Assembly (NCBI GenBank): GCA_951406725.2
Contig: OX597818.1
Coordinates: 3,224,001 to 3,288,000 of the forward strand
Source: Octopus vulgaris
Taxonomy: Eukaryota
Length of the DNA: 64,000 bases
Direction of reading: 5' to 3'
Below, in pieces: positions 38,433-52,272 of this stretch. A model generated the notes under the pieces. The model worked only from the letters and a program-made list of their open reading frames with translations, did not search any database and was not told where the DNA came from. Every line of letters starts with the position of its first letter. Position 1 is the first letter of the stretch. Both the position numbers and the translations under genes were made by a program.

Positions 38433-40150
38433 TATGGGAATGAGAATGGTCCCCAACTATGTGAACCTGTTCATTGGCTACATTGAGGCTCGAATATTCT
38501 CAAGATTCACTGGTCCCACTCCTGAACTGTACGGTCATTATATTGACGACTGTATCGGTGCGACCTCACTCTCCTGCGAAAAACTAGACTCCTTCCTCTC
38601 TTTTGTCAAATCTTTCCATCCTGCCCTCAAATTCTCCTGCACTATTTCCGACACTTCTATCGCCTTTCTTGACATTTCGGTCAGCATTCATCACTCCACT
38701 CTCACCACCTCCATCCACTACAAAAACACCGACTAACATGCCTCAACTTTTCCTCCTCCCACCCTAAACACACTAAGCTCTCCATCCCCTACTCCCAATT
38801 CCTTCATCTGTGCAGGCTCTGCAGTGACAATCATGACTTTGAGATTCCATTTCAACTCATGGCTCACCACTTCATCCTTCGTAGATGTCCCCTCACCACT
38901 ATCCACACCGCCCTTGCCAGAGCACGTTCCATGGACCATGCATCTGCCCTGCTGTCACCCATCTCCCATTTCCCCTCACCTACCACCCTTCCACCCAACA
39001 TCTCCAATGCACCATTCTCCGAGCCTTCCGGTGACTCCAGTCCGACCCCGCCACTTCGTCTTCCTTAGCCTACCCCTCCTTCAAATGAGCCCACAACCTA
39101 TGTGACTTCCTGGTGCACAGTTTCTTCCTTAACCCCACCTCCTAACCCAGCTCATTCCCCTGCTCCTGCCCACACTGCTGCACTTGCCCCTACCTCTCCA
39201 ACACCACCATCTTCACAGGCACCCATCATCGACCCTATCATATCACTGTCTCCTTCACCTGCACTTCTAGCAATGTCATTTACTGCATCTCCAGCTCTAT
39301 CTGTCCTTCGCTGTACATCGGTCAGATGGGACACCGCTTGGCTGACTGGTTTGTGGAACACCTCCAAGACATCAGACTCGGCAACAACACCCCAGTCTCA
39401 TGCCATTACTGCTCTACCAGTCATTCTTTACAACACCTGTCTGTGTTCAGATTGTCCTTGCACAGGGGCCATCTGTACTCCCGTCTTCGCCGTGAACAGG
39501 GATTAATCTTCTCTCTTTGCTCCTTTGCATCACATGAGCTCAACTCCCTTCCCCTCTTCATCTAACTCCCTCCTCTCTTCCTCTCACACTTACTTCCTCT
39601 CTTCACTTCTACCCACCTCTCCTCTCCACTCTTGTTCTGACACCTACTTCCTCTCTTCACTCCTACCTACCTTCTTCCTTACACCCTCTCCCTTCATCAT
39701 CACCCCACCCTAAACATCCTACCCCATCCCTTCCATCCCCCACACACAACACACCACCCCGCACATACCAGCACTGACCACTTCCCAGCAACCACACCAC
39801 CATCCACACACCTAGACATGCACACGCTCACACATCAAGGTCACCAGCCCCTAACCACATGCACATACACGCTCTCACATACACATGCGCACCTTCATTT
39901 TGAGATCTGCACTATTTTGTCCCGTTCTTCCTAGCTCTTCTGTCTGTCCAGCTATTGTCATGATTGACCACTAGCTACTAAAGCTTTCTTTTTTTATTCT
40001 CTCTCTGTTTATTTTCTTGTGTTCCTTTCTGTTGAAGAGCGTAGGCTTGAAACGTAAAAGACCTTCTCACCTTCCCAAGCATTAAACTAATACACCTGTT
40101 TGTTGTTTACACATGTGTCTTCGTCTTTTGTTTTTTGTAAATTCCAACTA
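38433..40150 (+). mobile_element. 5'-truncated PLE (RT C-terminal half, GIY-YIG, UTR)
   Basis: MGMRMVPNYVNLF, YIDD, FLDI, VIYCI..LYIGQ..RLADWFVEH. Confidence 0.88.
40025..40060 (+). ncRNA. Minimal HHR variant (A6U)
   Basis: CUUU-CUGUUGAA-GAGC GUAG GCUU-GAAA-CG-UA-AAAG; paralog at 3844-3879 on the minus strand. Confidence 0.65.
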
Positions 40151-40156
40151 TATATC

Positions 40157-40452
40157 ACGAGACCAACCAGGCTATCAGATGTTGCTACACATCGCTGGTC
40201 ACAATGCGCTTCGCATTGTTTTAGCCTTCAAATAATGTCACCCCGCTGGCTAAGCGAGCGGGCCAACAGAAGAAAGAGAGAAAGTTGTGGTGAAAGATTA
40301 CAGCAGGGATTGCCACCACCCACTGCTAGAGCCTCGTGGAGTTTTACATGTTTTCGCTCAATAAACACTCATAACGCCCAGTGTGGGAATCGAAACCACA
40401 ATCCTACGACTGTGAATCTGCTGCCCTAACCACTGGGCCATTGCGTCTCCAC
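40157..40452 (-). mobile_element. tRNA-derived SINE
   Basis: Minus strand head TGGCCCAGTGGTTAGGGC ... GGTTTCGATTCCC. Confidence 0.75.
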
Positions 40453-40483
40453 ATATATACATATATATATGTATATATACATA

Positions 40484-40519
<36 letters not shown>

Positions 40520-40667
40520 CTAGCAGGGGCACCCAGCATTGCCCGTGAATTAAATTTTTCCATATATATTAGAAGAAAAAAGCAAAATATGTTGTATAGA
40601 AATTTGTTATTCTAAATTCAGTTTATTCTTTAATTGGGAAATCAATTCTGAATTACTAATAATAATA

Positions 40668-40698
<31 letters not shown>

Positions 40699-41705
40699 TA
40701 ATAAAAAACAAAAATACAAAATTTACCACTTTTATGAGAGGAGATAAATTCTACGACATATGTTGAAGGAAATTACATACGAACTTCTGGGTAAACAACA
40801 TTCTTTGTTTTCTGGTTTAGAGCACAGACAAATAAGTCTTGCAAATTACCTACCCTGGAGCCACCAACATAAAGTTGACCATGAGAAAAGCAAGTCAGTA
40901 GATTTCAAAGGCTGACTTTGAGCTTTATTAATAGACTTTGCAAAGCAAAGTCACACTGGGAATTACGTTCGTTTGAACTCAAATGGTACATCTGTTGGTT
41001 TGATTGGAATTCTTGTATGAAAACTTCTTCCCCAGAGACACATCCAGTGATGATTGTAGCTTCTGTCACATTAGGTGATAATGTCTTCACAATCAACCTT
41101 GTCCTATTGCATAATTTAGGAGGATCTAAATTTCTTAGAAGCACTATTGGGACTCTGACCTTCAGAAAAAATTTATGTAGAGGAGTTCCAGGTGGCTCAA
41201 GGGAACTCTGTTGGGTAATGGACAGCTTTATTTTCATCAAGGACTGAATCAACTGTTGGAATCTTATTAATTAATTCATGGTTAATCTTTGCTACTGTCT
41301 CATTTTTTGGAGCAAGAATTGCCCTTTCACACAACCATTTATGTGAATTATAATTATTGATTAAGTCTGGAAAGTTCTTCAATTCAACTGGGGAATTCAC
41401 CAGGATAGCAATATGAGCCAAACTGATCTCATCGTTCCCATCAAATGGTACTTTCTCATTTCCTAATTGGAGGAGCCAGATTGAAAACTGTTTTGTACAT
41501 TGGTCCCCATGTAATAAAGCTCACATGTTAGTATTGAAGGAGAATTTCAGTACTTTATTCCATAGGTGTGGAGACTTAATGCATGCTTTTATTTCATCAG
41601 ATCTTGTTCATCTTAGAATGACTGGTAATGTCTGTCTGAAGTCTCCTGATAATACTAATATAACTCCTTCCATAGACTTATTGTTGCCTCTGATGTCCTG
41701 TAAGG
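40520..41705 (-). mobile_element. Helitron 3' portion (helicase C-terminus, terminal hairpin, CTAG)
   Basis: SGDFRQTLPV, CERAILAPKN, PIVLLRNLDPPKLCN; GC-rich hairpin then CTAG|T at 40520. Confidence 0.9.
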
Positions 41706-41706
41706 C

Positions 41707-41880
41707 AGAGCTACTCAAAGTGGTGGTCCGTGGACCACTGCCAGTCTGCAAGCCATCAGCTGCTGGTATGCAGCGAGTTTCAGAAAAAAAAAGAAACATT
41801 ATAAAATGCTTATGTAATATTGTATTATTTGTTTACAAAATAAATATAAGATTATTAATTTCTATTTTATTTTATTAACT
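41707..41880. mobile_element. hAT-like MITE end
   Basis: cagagctactcaaagtggtggtccgtggacc resembles Charlie/MER5-type termini. Confidence 0.5.
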
Positions 41881-41889
41881 TTTATTATA

Positions 41890-42130
41890 TCTATATACAT
41901 AAAACTGAGAATGTGTGTCTGTCTGTCTGTCTATGTGTTTCCCTAAAACTTGAGAACTACACAACCAATTTCATTCAAATTTTACACATGCCTTACTTAG
42001 GGTCCGGGGAGTGTCATCAGCAAAAAAATGTTAAACTTCTTGCTTAGGGCGAGCCCACAGCAATATCATATCTTCTCCACTATTTCAGTATTATGTGTTA
42101 AAAGTGAAACAAAAACATCTCTCTATTGTA
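41890..42130 (+). mobile_element. Helitron-like 5' end fragment
   Basis: A|TCTATATACATAAAA followed by (TGTC)n. Confidence 0.5.
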
Positions 42131-42164
42131 TGTATATGGATGTATATATATATATATATATATA

Positions 42165-42620
42165 TCATCATCATCATTTAACGTCCGTTCTCCATGCTAG
42201 CATGGGTTGGACTGTTCGACCGGGGATCTGGGAAGCCAGAAGGCTGCACCAGGCTACAGCCTGATCTGGCAGTGTTTCTACCGCTGGATGCCCTTCCTAA
42301 CGCCAACCACGCCGTGAGTGTAGTGGGTGCTTTTTATGTGCCACCGGCACAGGTGCCAGGCGAGGCTGGCAACGGCCATGATTGGATTGGTGCTTTTTAC
42401 GTGCCACCGGCACGGAGGCCAGTCAAAGCAGCGCTGGCATCGGCCACGTTCGGATGGTGCTTTTTATGTGCCACCAGCACGGAAGCCACTCTAGGCGGTG
42501 CTGGTATCGGCCACATTCGGATGGTGCTTTCTACTTGCCACCGGCACAGGGATCACAACTGCAGTTTCCATTGATTTTTGATGTTGGTGTCCTTGACTCA
42601 ATGGATCTCCTCGAGCACAG
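42165..42620 (-). mobile_element. RTE 3' UTR fragment
   Basis: Homologous to 58090-58557. Confidence 0.85.
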
Positions 42621-42643
42621 GGTCAAAACGGTGTTTCTTTACT

Positions 42644-42695
<52 letters not shown>

Positions 42696-42774
42696 GTATA
42701 TATATAGCTGTATATGTATACATGTATGTGTATAGCTGTATATGTATAGATGTATTTCTATAGATATACATGTA

Positions 42775-45700
42775 TGTTAGTTAGTTAGTTAGGCCATGTA
42801 GGGGGACATGGAGTTATGTACAGGGTGGTGTTCATGTAAAGAGTTCAGGCCACTTGAGGTCAAGGGAGACTTTGAACCGAGCGGTCGTCGGCATCTTCAC
42901 CATCTTGTCTGGCAGCTTATTCCACGGATCCGCAACCTGGACGGAGAAAGCCCCTCTCCTTCGATTGAGATGAAATCGTTGCAGATAGAGCTTTTCGGAA
43001 TGACCCCGCAGCCGACGCTCTGGAGCATGAGTGAAGAACAGCTCTTTCGAGAGGTTACACTTTCCGCTTATGATGTTGTGAGCAAGAATGAGATCTCCAC
43101 GGCGTCGTCGTTTTTCTAGAGAATAAAGGTCAAGCGTCTTCAGCCTTTCTTCATAAGACAAATTCTTGAGACCAAGAACCATGCGGGTAGCCAGCTTCTG
43201 GACTCTTTCGAGATGCAGTATGTCTTTGAGGAGATAAGGAGAAGAGGCTTGAATCCCGTACGCCAATATGGGTCTCACCAGCGTGACATAGAGCGGTAGG
43301 AATATGGCTGCTGTGAGCATTCCAAATGACCGTCGAATCAAGAACAGAATTTCGCGTGCTTTGTTGGCAGCATGGACGCACTGGGCCGAAGGCGAAAAGG
43401 AGGAATCCACCAAGATACCCAGGTCCTTTACCTGATCGGTCCTCTCCAGCAGCAGACGACCCGGCTCAAAATCAAGTTGAGTTGCAGGAGGAGAGCCAAT
43501 AGGCAGATGACAGCACTTTGACACGTTGAGACACAGGTCCCATTTGTTAGACCATCTCCAAATTTGGTGGAGGCATCAACGAAGATCCTCTATATCACCG
43601 CGAGGAGCGACCAGTTTGACATCATTGGCAAATAGAAGGATGTGTTGCGTGAGGTCATCGGGCAAGTCATTTATGAAGACTAAGAACAATAAGGGCCCAA
43701 GCACTGAACCTTGAGGCACGCCACTGCTTGCACTGGAGACGTTGGACCGCGAACCATTAACTTGGACTTGGAAGGAGCGATCTGAGAGGAAGGCGCCAAC
43801 CCATCATACAATATCCGAATGGAAACTATATGCTCGACGCTTGACAAGTAATAGGCGGTGGTTTACCGAGTCAAAAGCTTTGGCAAAGTCCAATAAAACG
43901 ATGTCAACAGCGTCACTATCATCGAGGATGCGCGTCACCAATTCTTCCATTACCAGTAAGTTGAACAAGCATGATCTCTTTGGCATGAAGCCGTGTTGGG
44001 AATCAGAGATAGAGGCTGTGTTTTGGAGGTGGAGCATCATACTTTTCTTAAGGATGGTTTCGAACATCTTGCTGATTATTGATGTAAGGGAAACTGGTCG
44101 GTAGTTAAGCAGGTCTTTGCGGCTCCCTTTCGCCAATGACATATTGAATAGACGTGTTAAGGGCTCGCAGATGACCAGAGCCAACGCTTTGATAACCCAT
44201 GGGTGTATGCCGTCAGGGCCATGACCCTTGTTGACATCGAGGCCTTGAATAATGCGTTCGACTTCGTCCCGCGTGATGACCAATCGAAGCATTGGAGGTA
44301 CTGATCTATCAAATGGAGGGGGTTCACGACCATCATCTTGTTTGAAAATAGTTGAAAAAGCCTCGGCAAATAATTGACTCTGTTGATAAGGGTCCTCAAT
44401 CGATACACCTGCTGAGTCTACCAATGTTGCAATTTGGTTGTTCAAGTGGGAATTCCGTTGGACATGGGCAAAGAAGGTTTTTGGATTGCTACTGGCGTTT
44501 GCCGCGATTTTGTATTCATATCTGAAGCATTCTTCCTTTTCAATTTTCACGGCCCGGTCTCGTTGAGTTTTGTGTACCTCAAAAGCTGCAATCGAATCCA
44601 GATTTTTGAATTCAGCCCAACCAATATCTCTGAGTTGAAGTTCTCGTTTAACCTTCTTCGTCACCCAGGGCTTGTGTTTCTTCTTCTTGGGAAGCCCAAC
44701 GGGAACTGCTTGGTCAGTCAACCAGATTACATATGCTTTGAGGGATGACCATAGTTCGTCAACTGAGGACAACGTCATCAGGGATCGCCAGTCCAGAAGC
44801 GCAGAAGCCTCGGTTAGAATTTCAAGATTAATTGCAGAGAAGACTCTACGTGGCAGCAAAGTAGTCGTGGGTGTAGAAAAAGTTGTGTGCATGACGAACT
44901 TCAGGACCGCATGATCACTCTTGGCAAGAGAGGCGCACACAGATACGTCTGACACTGATCTTGGATAGCGGGAGAATACCAGATCCAGCATAGATGGCTG
45001 CTGCCCAGACCGATGCCTTGTCGGATATTCAACATGTTTCGATAGAAAACAATCTTCAGCCACGTCAAGAAGGGCCTGGCCGAACCAGGAAGATGATGTA
45101 CAAATTGATGCGGGCCAATCGATCGTGGGAGCGTTGAAGTCTCCTAATATCAAACAGTCATGAGAAGCTGAAACGAATCTTATCGCTTCGAGTAAATGAG
45201 CATCGTCCTGGGGGTCAGCAAGAGGCGGCCTGTAGACAGCTAACACGTGCAGGCAAAACCCGGATAGGCTCAGCTTGCAATAGACGGCATCGGATTTTGT
45301 TGTAGGTTGAGCATTAGTGGGTAGAATACCGCTGGACGGTTTGTGCTCAGACTTAACACACACAGCAACACCTCCACCTCGCCCTTTTCCTCTGTCACAT
45401 CTGAAAAGGACGTAGCCCTGCAGGTGGATTTCTGAGTCCTTTACTGCTGGAGTCAGCCAAGTCTCGGTGATAGCTATCACATCAGGGGAGTCACGTATGG
45501 CCAGTGTAAATAGTTCACTGAACTTTGGGAATAAGGAGCACGAGTTGGTGTAGACGATGCTGAGCTGTGAAGTTTGAGGGGCGGGAGTTGGGGAACAAGC
45601 AGAATAAGGGGTATCAGAGATAGCATCGTTGACGGGGGTATCTAATTTACTTCGATTTGCCCTCAATTCACTTTCCCTGTCAGCACTACAGCATGCGATC

Positions 45701-46795
45701 AGAGGTAGGACTTGATTATTTGTCCATCTTGGATTCGTAAACCCTTCTCTCCCATCTGTTTTCTCATCTTCAGTTTGGATATTAGGTTTCTCCGGCGAAT
45801 TCTCTCTCTCAGTGAGTATTCCTCGCAAAAACCCATATTGGGGTCCTCCCAGGCATGCATCTGAGCTCTGTTCAGAAAGGTTGAAGCCTCCTGATTGGAA
45901 GAAAAGATTACTCTTATTGGGCGTGGTCTTGTGTCTGAGGTTGAGTTCGCTTGGAATCTTCCTAGCCAAGCGACCTTATGGATACTGACATTTTCGTTGA
46001 CAGAGAACAATTCTCCAACTAAAACGGAAACAAAACTTATGTCTTCTTTTAGGCGGTTTATGCCTGTATCACAGGTGGATTCAGCTTTACCATAAATGAT
46101 TGCTGATCTTGAGTGGGCAAAATGGTCTTTCTGTTCTCTACTATGAGCTGTGGCATTCGATTCTTCGTTGGATGATTTCGAAAGGGTGGTTTCATAGCCA
46201 TCAGACTTATGTCGGCCTTTGGGGTCGATCGGAATGGGTTTAGTGGTCATAACTTTCCCGCCTGGTTTGGAACTGCACTGCCTCTTCTTCGGTTTGGGGG
46301 AGGACCACTCCCCAGATGAACTCACATCAAGATCGTTCAGAATTGGTTGAGCAATGGCATTAATGGGAAGGACAAGTGAGGGAGAATCCAAACAGATTTT
46401 ATTGTGAGCAGGTTTCGTAGCTAAATCTGCCCCACTGGAGTTTTGACTATGTTTCTTCTTTTTGGGAGAACAACGGTCTTCAGGTGGGTTTGAGTCTACG
46501 CTCCTCAAATTAGGTTGGGGAACCTCCGGGACTGAAAAGGCAGATGAGGAAGAATCCGCACAGGAACAATCATGTGCGGAAACGACCGCCGGTTCCTTCG
46601 CCTTCTTTGGCCGCTTCGATTTTGTTCCCTTCGGTTTGGACGTCTCCAGGGAAGAAATCAAGAGTGGCTCTGCGTCAATAGGAGACTGTTTATTCAGTAA
46701 ATGAGCAACAACAGTAAATGACCTCTTGTTTGAGCAACAGCAACTGCTCGTTGAGATGACCGTTGGTAGGACCATCATCCTGCCCTTCTCGCAGA
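42775..46795 (-). mobile_element. CR1-group LINE: ORF1 (45699-46778, probably 5'-truncated), ORF2 APE-RT, (TAAC)n tail
   Basis: ITETWL, GGGVA, VYRPP, GDFN, SDH, NYRPVSL, QHGF, LDFAKAFDSV, GVPQGSVLGP, RRRRGDLI. Confidence 0.93.
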
Positions 46796-46909
46796 TCTCA
46801 GTTTCAATCTATATGTCTAGATGTATATATATATAGATGTACATGTAATATGTACGCATATATACACATATATACATGCATACATATATACACCCACACA
46901 CACATACAT

Positions 46910-47225
46910 AGGTGAAGGTGTGGCTGTGTGGTAACAAACTTGGTTCCAAAACACATGGTCCTCAGTTCAGTTCCACTGTGTGGTAACTTGGCATGTGTCT
47001 TCTGCTATAGCCTCAGACCAGCCAAAGCCTTGTCAGTGGATTTTGTAGACAGAAACTGAAAGAAATCAATTGCATGTATATATGTAGGTCTATGTGTGTG
47101 TCTTTGTGTTTCTCCCTCATCACTGCTTCACAACTGGTGTTCATTTATTTACATCCCCATAACTTACTGGTTTCACAAGAAGAAACTGATAGAATAAGTA
47201 CTGGGCTTATCAAAATATAAAAAAG
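46910..47225 (+). mobile_element. tRNA-derived CORE-like SINE; partial related copies at ~47350-47417 and ~49965-50160
   Basis: Homologous to 52273-52640. Confidence 0.75.
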
Positions 47226-47305
47226 CACTACGCAGTGTCTCATATTTTTGTTTGCCCACTCAGTTGCATCTATATCAATTTGTCTTTGTGTGTGTGTGTG
47301 TGTGT

Positions 47306-47352
<47 letters not shown>

Positions 47353-47417
47353 TTTCGTAGGCAGGAACTGAAACAAATCAATCGTAAATATATGTATGTA
47401 TATATGTAAGTGTATGT

Positions 47418-49957
47418 GTTTTGGTATTGGCAACATGAATGACAATGGTCAGACACTACTTGAATTTTGCACATACCATAACCTGTGCATCACTAACACA
47501 TTCTTCGCCAACAAGACATCCCACAAGGCATCTTGGAGACATCCAAGATCTCACCACTGGCATCAGCTGGATCTCATCATTACACGAAGATCCTTTCTGA
47601 ATTCTGTTCAACTGACCCGTAGTTACCACAGCGCAGATTGTGACACAGATCATTCACTAATAAGAAGCAGGGTGAGGATTCTGCCTAAAAATGTCCATCA
47701 CTCCAAGAAAATGGGCTGACCATGCATTAACACTGCCAGAACCTCGGACCCTACACTGCGACAATGTTTGGCTGTTTCTATCAAAGTTGCCCTCAGTAGC
47801 TGCCCAACCTCCTCTGCAGAAAGTAGGTGGAATTATATCAGGGAAGCTTTGTATACCACATCAATATATACTTTTGGCATGAGAGAAAGGCAAAACCCTG
47901 ATTGGTTCAATGCTGGGCTCTCAGAGCTGGAAACAGTTATCGAAGCAAGAAAGGCAAGAAATAAAACCCAACTAACTGCCAGACGCTGTGCAAATAGGTA
48001 TTGGCAGAAAATCTGTCAGAGTATCCAGTCAGCTGCTGACAGTGGCGACACCCGTGGGATGTATACCGGTTTGAAGAAGGCCCTCGGTCCATCCGCAACC
48101 AAGTCAGCCCCTCTGAAATCAACTACTGGAGATCTCATCAAGGACCAAAGCAAGCAAATGGATAGATGGGTGGAGTACTCTACTCACGGGAGACCACGGT
48201 AGCTGAGGCTGCAATCGAGGGTGTCAAGATCTTGCCAGTCATGTGCGAACTTGACAGTCTGCCATCTATAGCAAAAACGCCATCCCCTTAGAGATCATCA
48301 AAACCGGCAAAAATACCATCCTGCTTCTGTGTCAGTGTTGGGAAGAGGGTACAGTCCCTCAGGATATGCGGGATGCTAACATCATTACGCTTTACAAAAC
48401 AAAGGTGACCGTGGTGATTGTAACAATTACCGTGGAATATCTCTTCTAAGCACTGTTGGAAAGGCCTTTGCTTGCATTATCCTGTCCAGGCTACAACTGC
48501 TTGCTTCTCAAATTTGTCCAGAATCACAGTGTGGCTTTAGAAGAAGCAGATCAACTATTGACATGATATTCTCCATACGCCAACTTCAGGAGAAGTTCAG
48601 AGAGCAGAAAATGCCATTATATATGGCCTTCATTGATCTGACAAAGGACTTTGACTTGTTAAGTAGAAAAGGCCTCTTCATCCTGCTCCAAAAGATCGGA
48701 TGTCCACCAAAGCTGCTGAGGATCATTAAATCTTTCCATGATAATATGCAAGGCACCATACAGCACAATGGTTCAACATCAGCCGCCTTCCAAATAAAAA
48801 ATGGGGTAAAGCAAGGTTGTGTCCTTGCTCCTACATTTGGCATCTTCTTCTCACTGCTGCTGTCACATGCCTTTCAGACATTAGATGATGGAGTGTTTCT
48901 GCACAGAAGTGATGGGAAACTGTTCAATCTCTCGCGTCTGCGTGCCAAGACCAAAATCAGAAGCGTCCTGATCAAGGAGATGCTATTTGCTGATGATGCC
49001 GCTCTGGTATCACACACAGAAGAAGCCCAACAAAGGCTCATCAACTGTTTTGAACAAGCATGTATCAACTTTGGCTTAGTTATCAGCCTCAAAAAGACCA
49101 ACATCATGGGTCAGGCTACATCGGACATCCCAAACATACTTATTGAAGACCACAGACTACAGGAGGTGGAGAAGTTTACCTATCTTGGCTCTACTGTCAC
49201 CTACAACCTATCCCTTGATGCTGAGCTCAATATACGCATTGACAAGGCAGCTGCTGTGATGGCCCAACTCTCCAAACGGGCATGGGACAACAATAAGCTG
49301 ACCAAGACCACAAAAATGAAGATTTACCAGGCATGTGTACTTAGCACTCTACTGTATGGAAGTGAGACTTGGACGCCATACACACGCCAAGAGCGTCGCC
49401 TAAATATCTTTCACCTGCGCTTTCTCTGGAAAATCCTTCGCATCAAATGGCAGAATCATGTCCCCAACAAAGATGTCCTCAAGCAAGCAGGAATACCAAG
49501 CATGTTTGCACTCCTCACACAAAGACGTATGAGAAGGACATATTCAACGGAGAGCTTGCTAGGGGCACTAGGTCTGTGGGAAGACCGTTCTTATGATACA
49601 AGGCTGTTTGCAAAAGGGACATGAATGCCTGCAACATCAATATTACCAACTGGGAAGCAGTTGCCAGCAACTGTGGAGATTGGCGACGTACCGTAAAAGA
49701 GGGAACACAAAGGAGTGACATAGAGAGAGAGGAAAAATTGAATGACAAGAAAAGACGTCAACAAGAAACTATGACATTACAACCAGCCAGGCAAAGTCTT
49801 CACTACATTTGCGGCACCTGCCAGAGGGAGTGTTTGTCCAGGATAGGACTACACAGCCACAAAGGAGATGTATTAGGACATGAAATGTAAAAGCCTGACT
49901 AGATTATTTTATGCACAACTTCATTGTCTCCCGAGACAAAAAGGATACCAACAACAA
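47418..49957 (+). mobile_element. RTE/BovB-like LINE, 5'-truncated and frameshifted
   Basis: WRHPRSHHWHQLD, DTDH, GVKQGCVLAPT, LFADD, LLYGSETW; (CAA)n tail. Confidence 0.92.
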
Positions 49958-50257
49958 TATATATGGATTTCGTAGACAGGAACTGAAACAAATCAATAAT
50001 ATATGTATGTATATATATATGTAAGTCTATATGTGTGTCTTTGTGTTTCTCCCTCATCACTGCTTCACAACTGCTGTTCATTTATTTACATCCACATAAC
50101 TTACTGGTTTCACAGGAACAAACTAATAGAATAAGTACCAGGCTTATCAACATAAAAAAAGCACTAGGCTGTGTCTCATATTTTTGTTTGCCCACTCAGT
50201 TGTAATCTATCAATTTATCTTTGTGTATGTGTGTGTGTGTATCTATATCTATATATA

Positions 50258-50495
50258 CTTTATTTAAAAGCAGCAGAAAATTCAACAAAACCTGTTACTC
50301 TGAGTTTCACGTTCCCGTTCATCGGACAGTTTTTGTTTTTGATTTTAACAAAAACTGTCCGACGAACGGGAACGTGAAACTCAGAGTAACAGGTTTTGTT
50401 GAATTTTCTGCTGCTTTTAAATAAAGCATATTACTCTACCCTTGGTATTTGAGTACTCTTTTTTCCACCTTGTTTCACATTTGTGTTTACTCCGG
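50258..50495. mobile_element. Palindromic mini-element with two HHRs (50292-50329 -, 50355-50392 +)
   Basis: 80-bp inverted arms; CUGU-CCGA(U/C)GA-ACG GGAA CGU-GAAA-CUCAGAG-UA-ACAG. Confidence 0.8.
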
Positions 50496-50539
50496 TATAT
50501 CTATCTATCTATCTATCTATCTATATATATATATATATA

Positions 50540-50941
50540 TATAAAAATATTATTAGAGACAAAACCACTATTTTGTAAAACAAACAAGGAAAGACTTAAT
50601 CAATACATAAAATTTTAATAAATAGTCAAAAAAACCGCCACTACAATCGTTTCTTGTCTTGATCGACAATCTTCAGGTGGACTTCAATAAGTCAGTCATA
50701 ATTTGAAACTGACTTATTGAAGTCCACCTGAAGATTGTCGATCAAGACAAGAAACGATTGTAGTGGCGGTTTTTTTGACTATTTATTAAAATTTTATGTA
50801 TTGATTAAGTCTTTCCTTGTTTGTTTTACAAAATAGTGGTTTTGTCTCTAATAATATTTTATAATATTTTACTATAAAATTGGATTTAATCCTAAATCTG
50901 ATTTTTTTCCCTGTAAATTTGGATTTATTCCCTAATATTTA

Positions 50942-50947
<6 letters not shown>
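50540..50947. mobile_element. Palindromic mini-element with two canonical HHRs (50638-50680 -, 50724-50766 +)
   Basis: ~155-bp near-perfect arms with 11-nt spacer; CCAC-CUGAAGA-UUGUC GAUCAA GACAA-GAAA-CGAUUG-UA-GUGG. Confidence 0.85.
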
Positions 50948-50985
<38 letters not shown>

Positions 50986-51488
50986 CCCTAACGGGAGCAT
51001 TAACTTCCAAATTTTAGTCATTTCTTTTATGATCCAAAACTACGTCAAAAGTACTGAATGGATCTTTATGAAATTTGGAAATTATATTCTATGCATAAGG
51101 GCCATATCCCCCATGACAATTCATATATTTTTGCTGTTGATGAAATTTTAACCATAGATATTAGACACAAATGAAGTAATATTTATAAAATTTCATCTTC
51201 TTACAAGTTAGAAAGACCCCGCCATGGGGACTTAACACCCACGATTTTGTCATTTTATCTAAGCAAAAATGAATACAGTTGTGCTGTTGGAAGCTGTAGG
51301 GTTACCCAAGCATAAAAGTTGAGCATTATTTCTAATTCAATGGTACAACAGTGTAAGAGTTTGCTTTGACATACACTTACATTGTGATTTCTGCAATGTA
51401 CTGCATAAATTGTCAAGTAAATGAGAGGCATCTTTGCCTCCACTGATTCAGTTGCTAAGTGTTGAGTAAAGTTTACATATAAAAAAGT

Positions 51489-52262
51489 CTACACTTTCAG
51501 GTTAGTATCTATCGTGACCCATAAGCCCATCCTTTGGAAGAAAGCAATAAGATCCTTTCTAAGGTTATCTGATTCATGGCTGTTTAAATTATGGGTGACT
51601 ATAAGGTCGTCATCCCTATATAAACCTGCGTCTATAAACGGGAATTCTAGTTTTAGATTGTGTAGAATATAAGCTCCAATGAGCATACATAACTCAGCCC
51701 CATTGTATGCCCCCATCGGTACATTGAAAAGAGAATCCTCACTCGTCTTAACCCAGGTGGAATCCTTGTAAAAAAGAAGTGATATCCTTGCATGTATGAT
51801 AATATCAATTTCCGAGTTATTGATGTTGACATACTGCTTGGCGAAGTCTAATGCTTTTAGGAGTAAAGGCCTAGATATTGACGGGTAAAAGCCAATAGTA
51901 TCAAACTGCGTAAAATTGCAGTTATGCTTATAGCTAATCCCTTTAAACCAATCTATAACAGACTTACTATTCTTCCAAATTCTCAAATCTAATTCACTAT
52001 CTAACTTAGTTAAAATATGGTCCAAAATATATTTACTAATAATACCTATTTCAGTTTTAGCCGGATTAATCAATCTACATTTAGGGCTTCTATTAAAATT
52101 GGCTTTGTGGTCTTTTAGGGTAATAACAGCGGGTTGGTGGGAAAGATATTCTATCCCATCATTAATCTTAAGATTGTTAGCTATTTTTCTTGCCTCCAAA
52201 TTCACCTCTTTGTAAATATTTGTTATCTTTTTGTATGTATCTGTGATGTTATTCAAAATTAG
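51489..52262 (-). mobile_element. PLE-type RT fragment of a third PLE family
   Basis: LKDHK..CRLINPAK, FDTIGFYPSI, PMGAYNGAE, GLYRDD. Confidence 0.8.
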
Positions 52263-52272
52263 ATGCTTTTAT

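Noticed and set aside
47345-50240. Direct repeats around the BovB-like LINE as LTRs
   Set aside because: They are partial SINE copies in a local tandem duplication; the enclosed element is non-LTR
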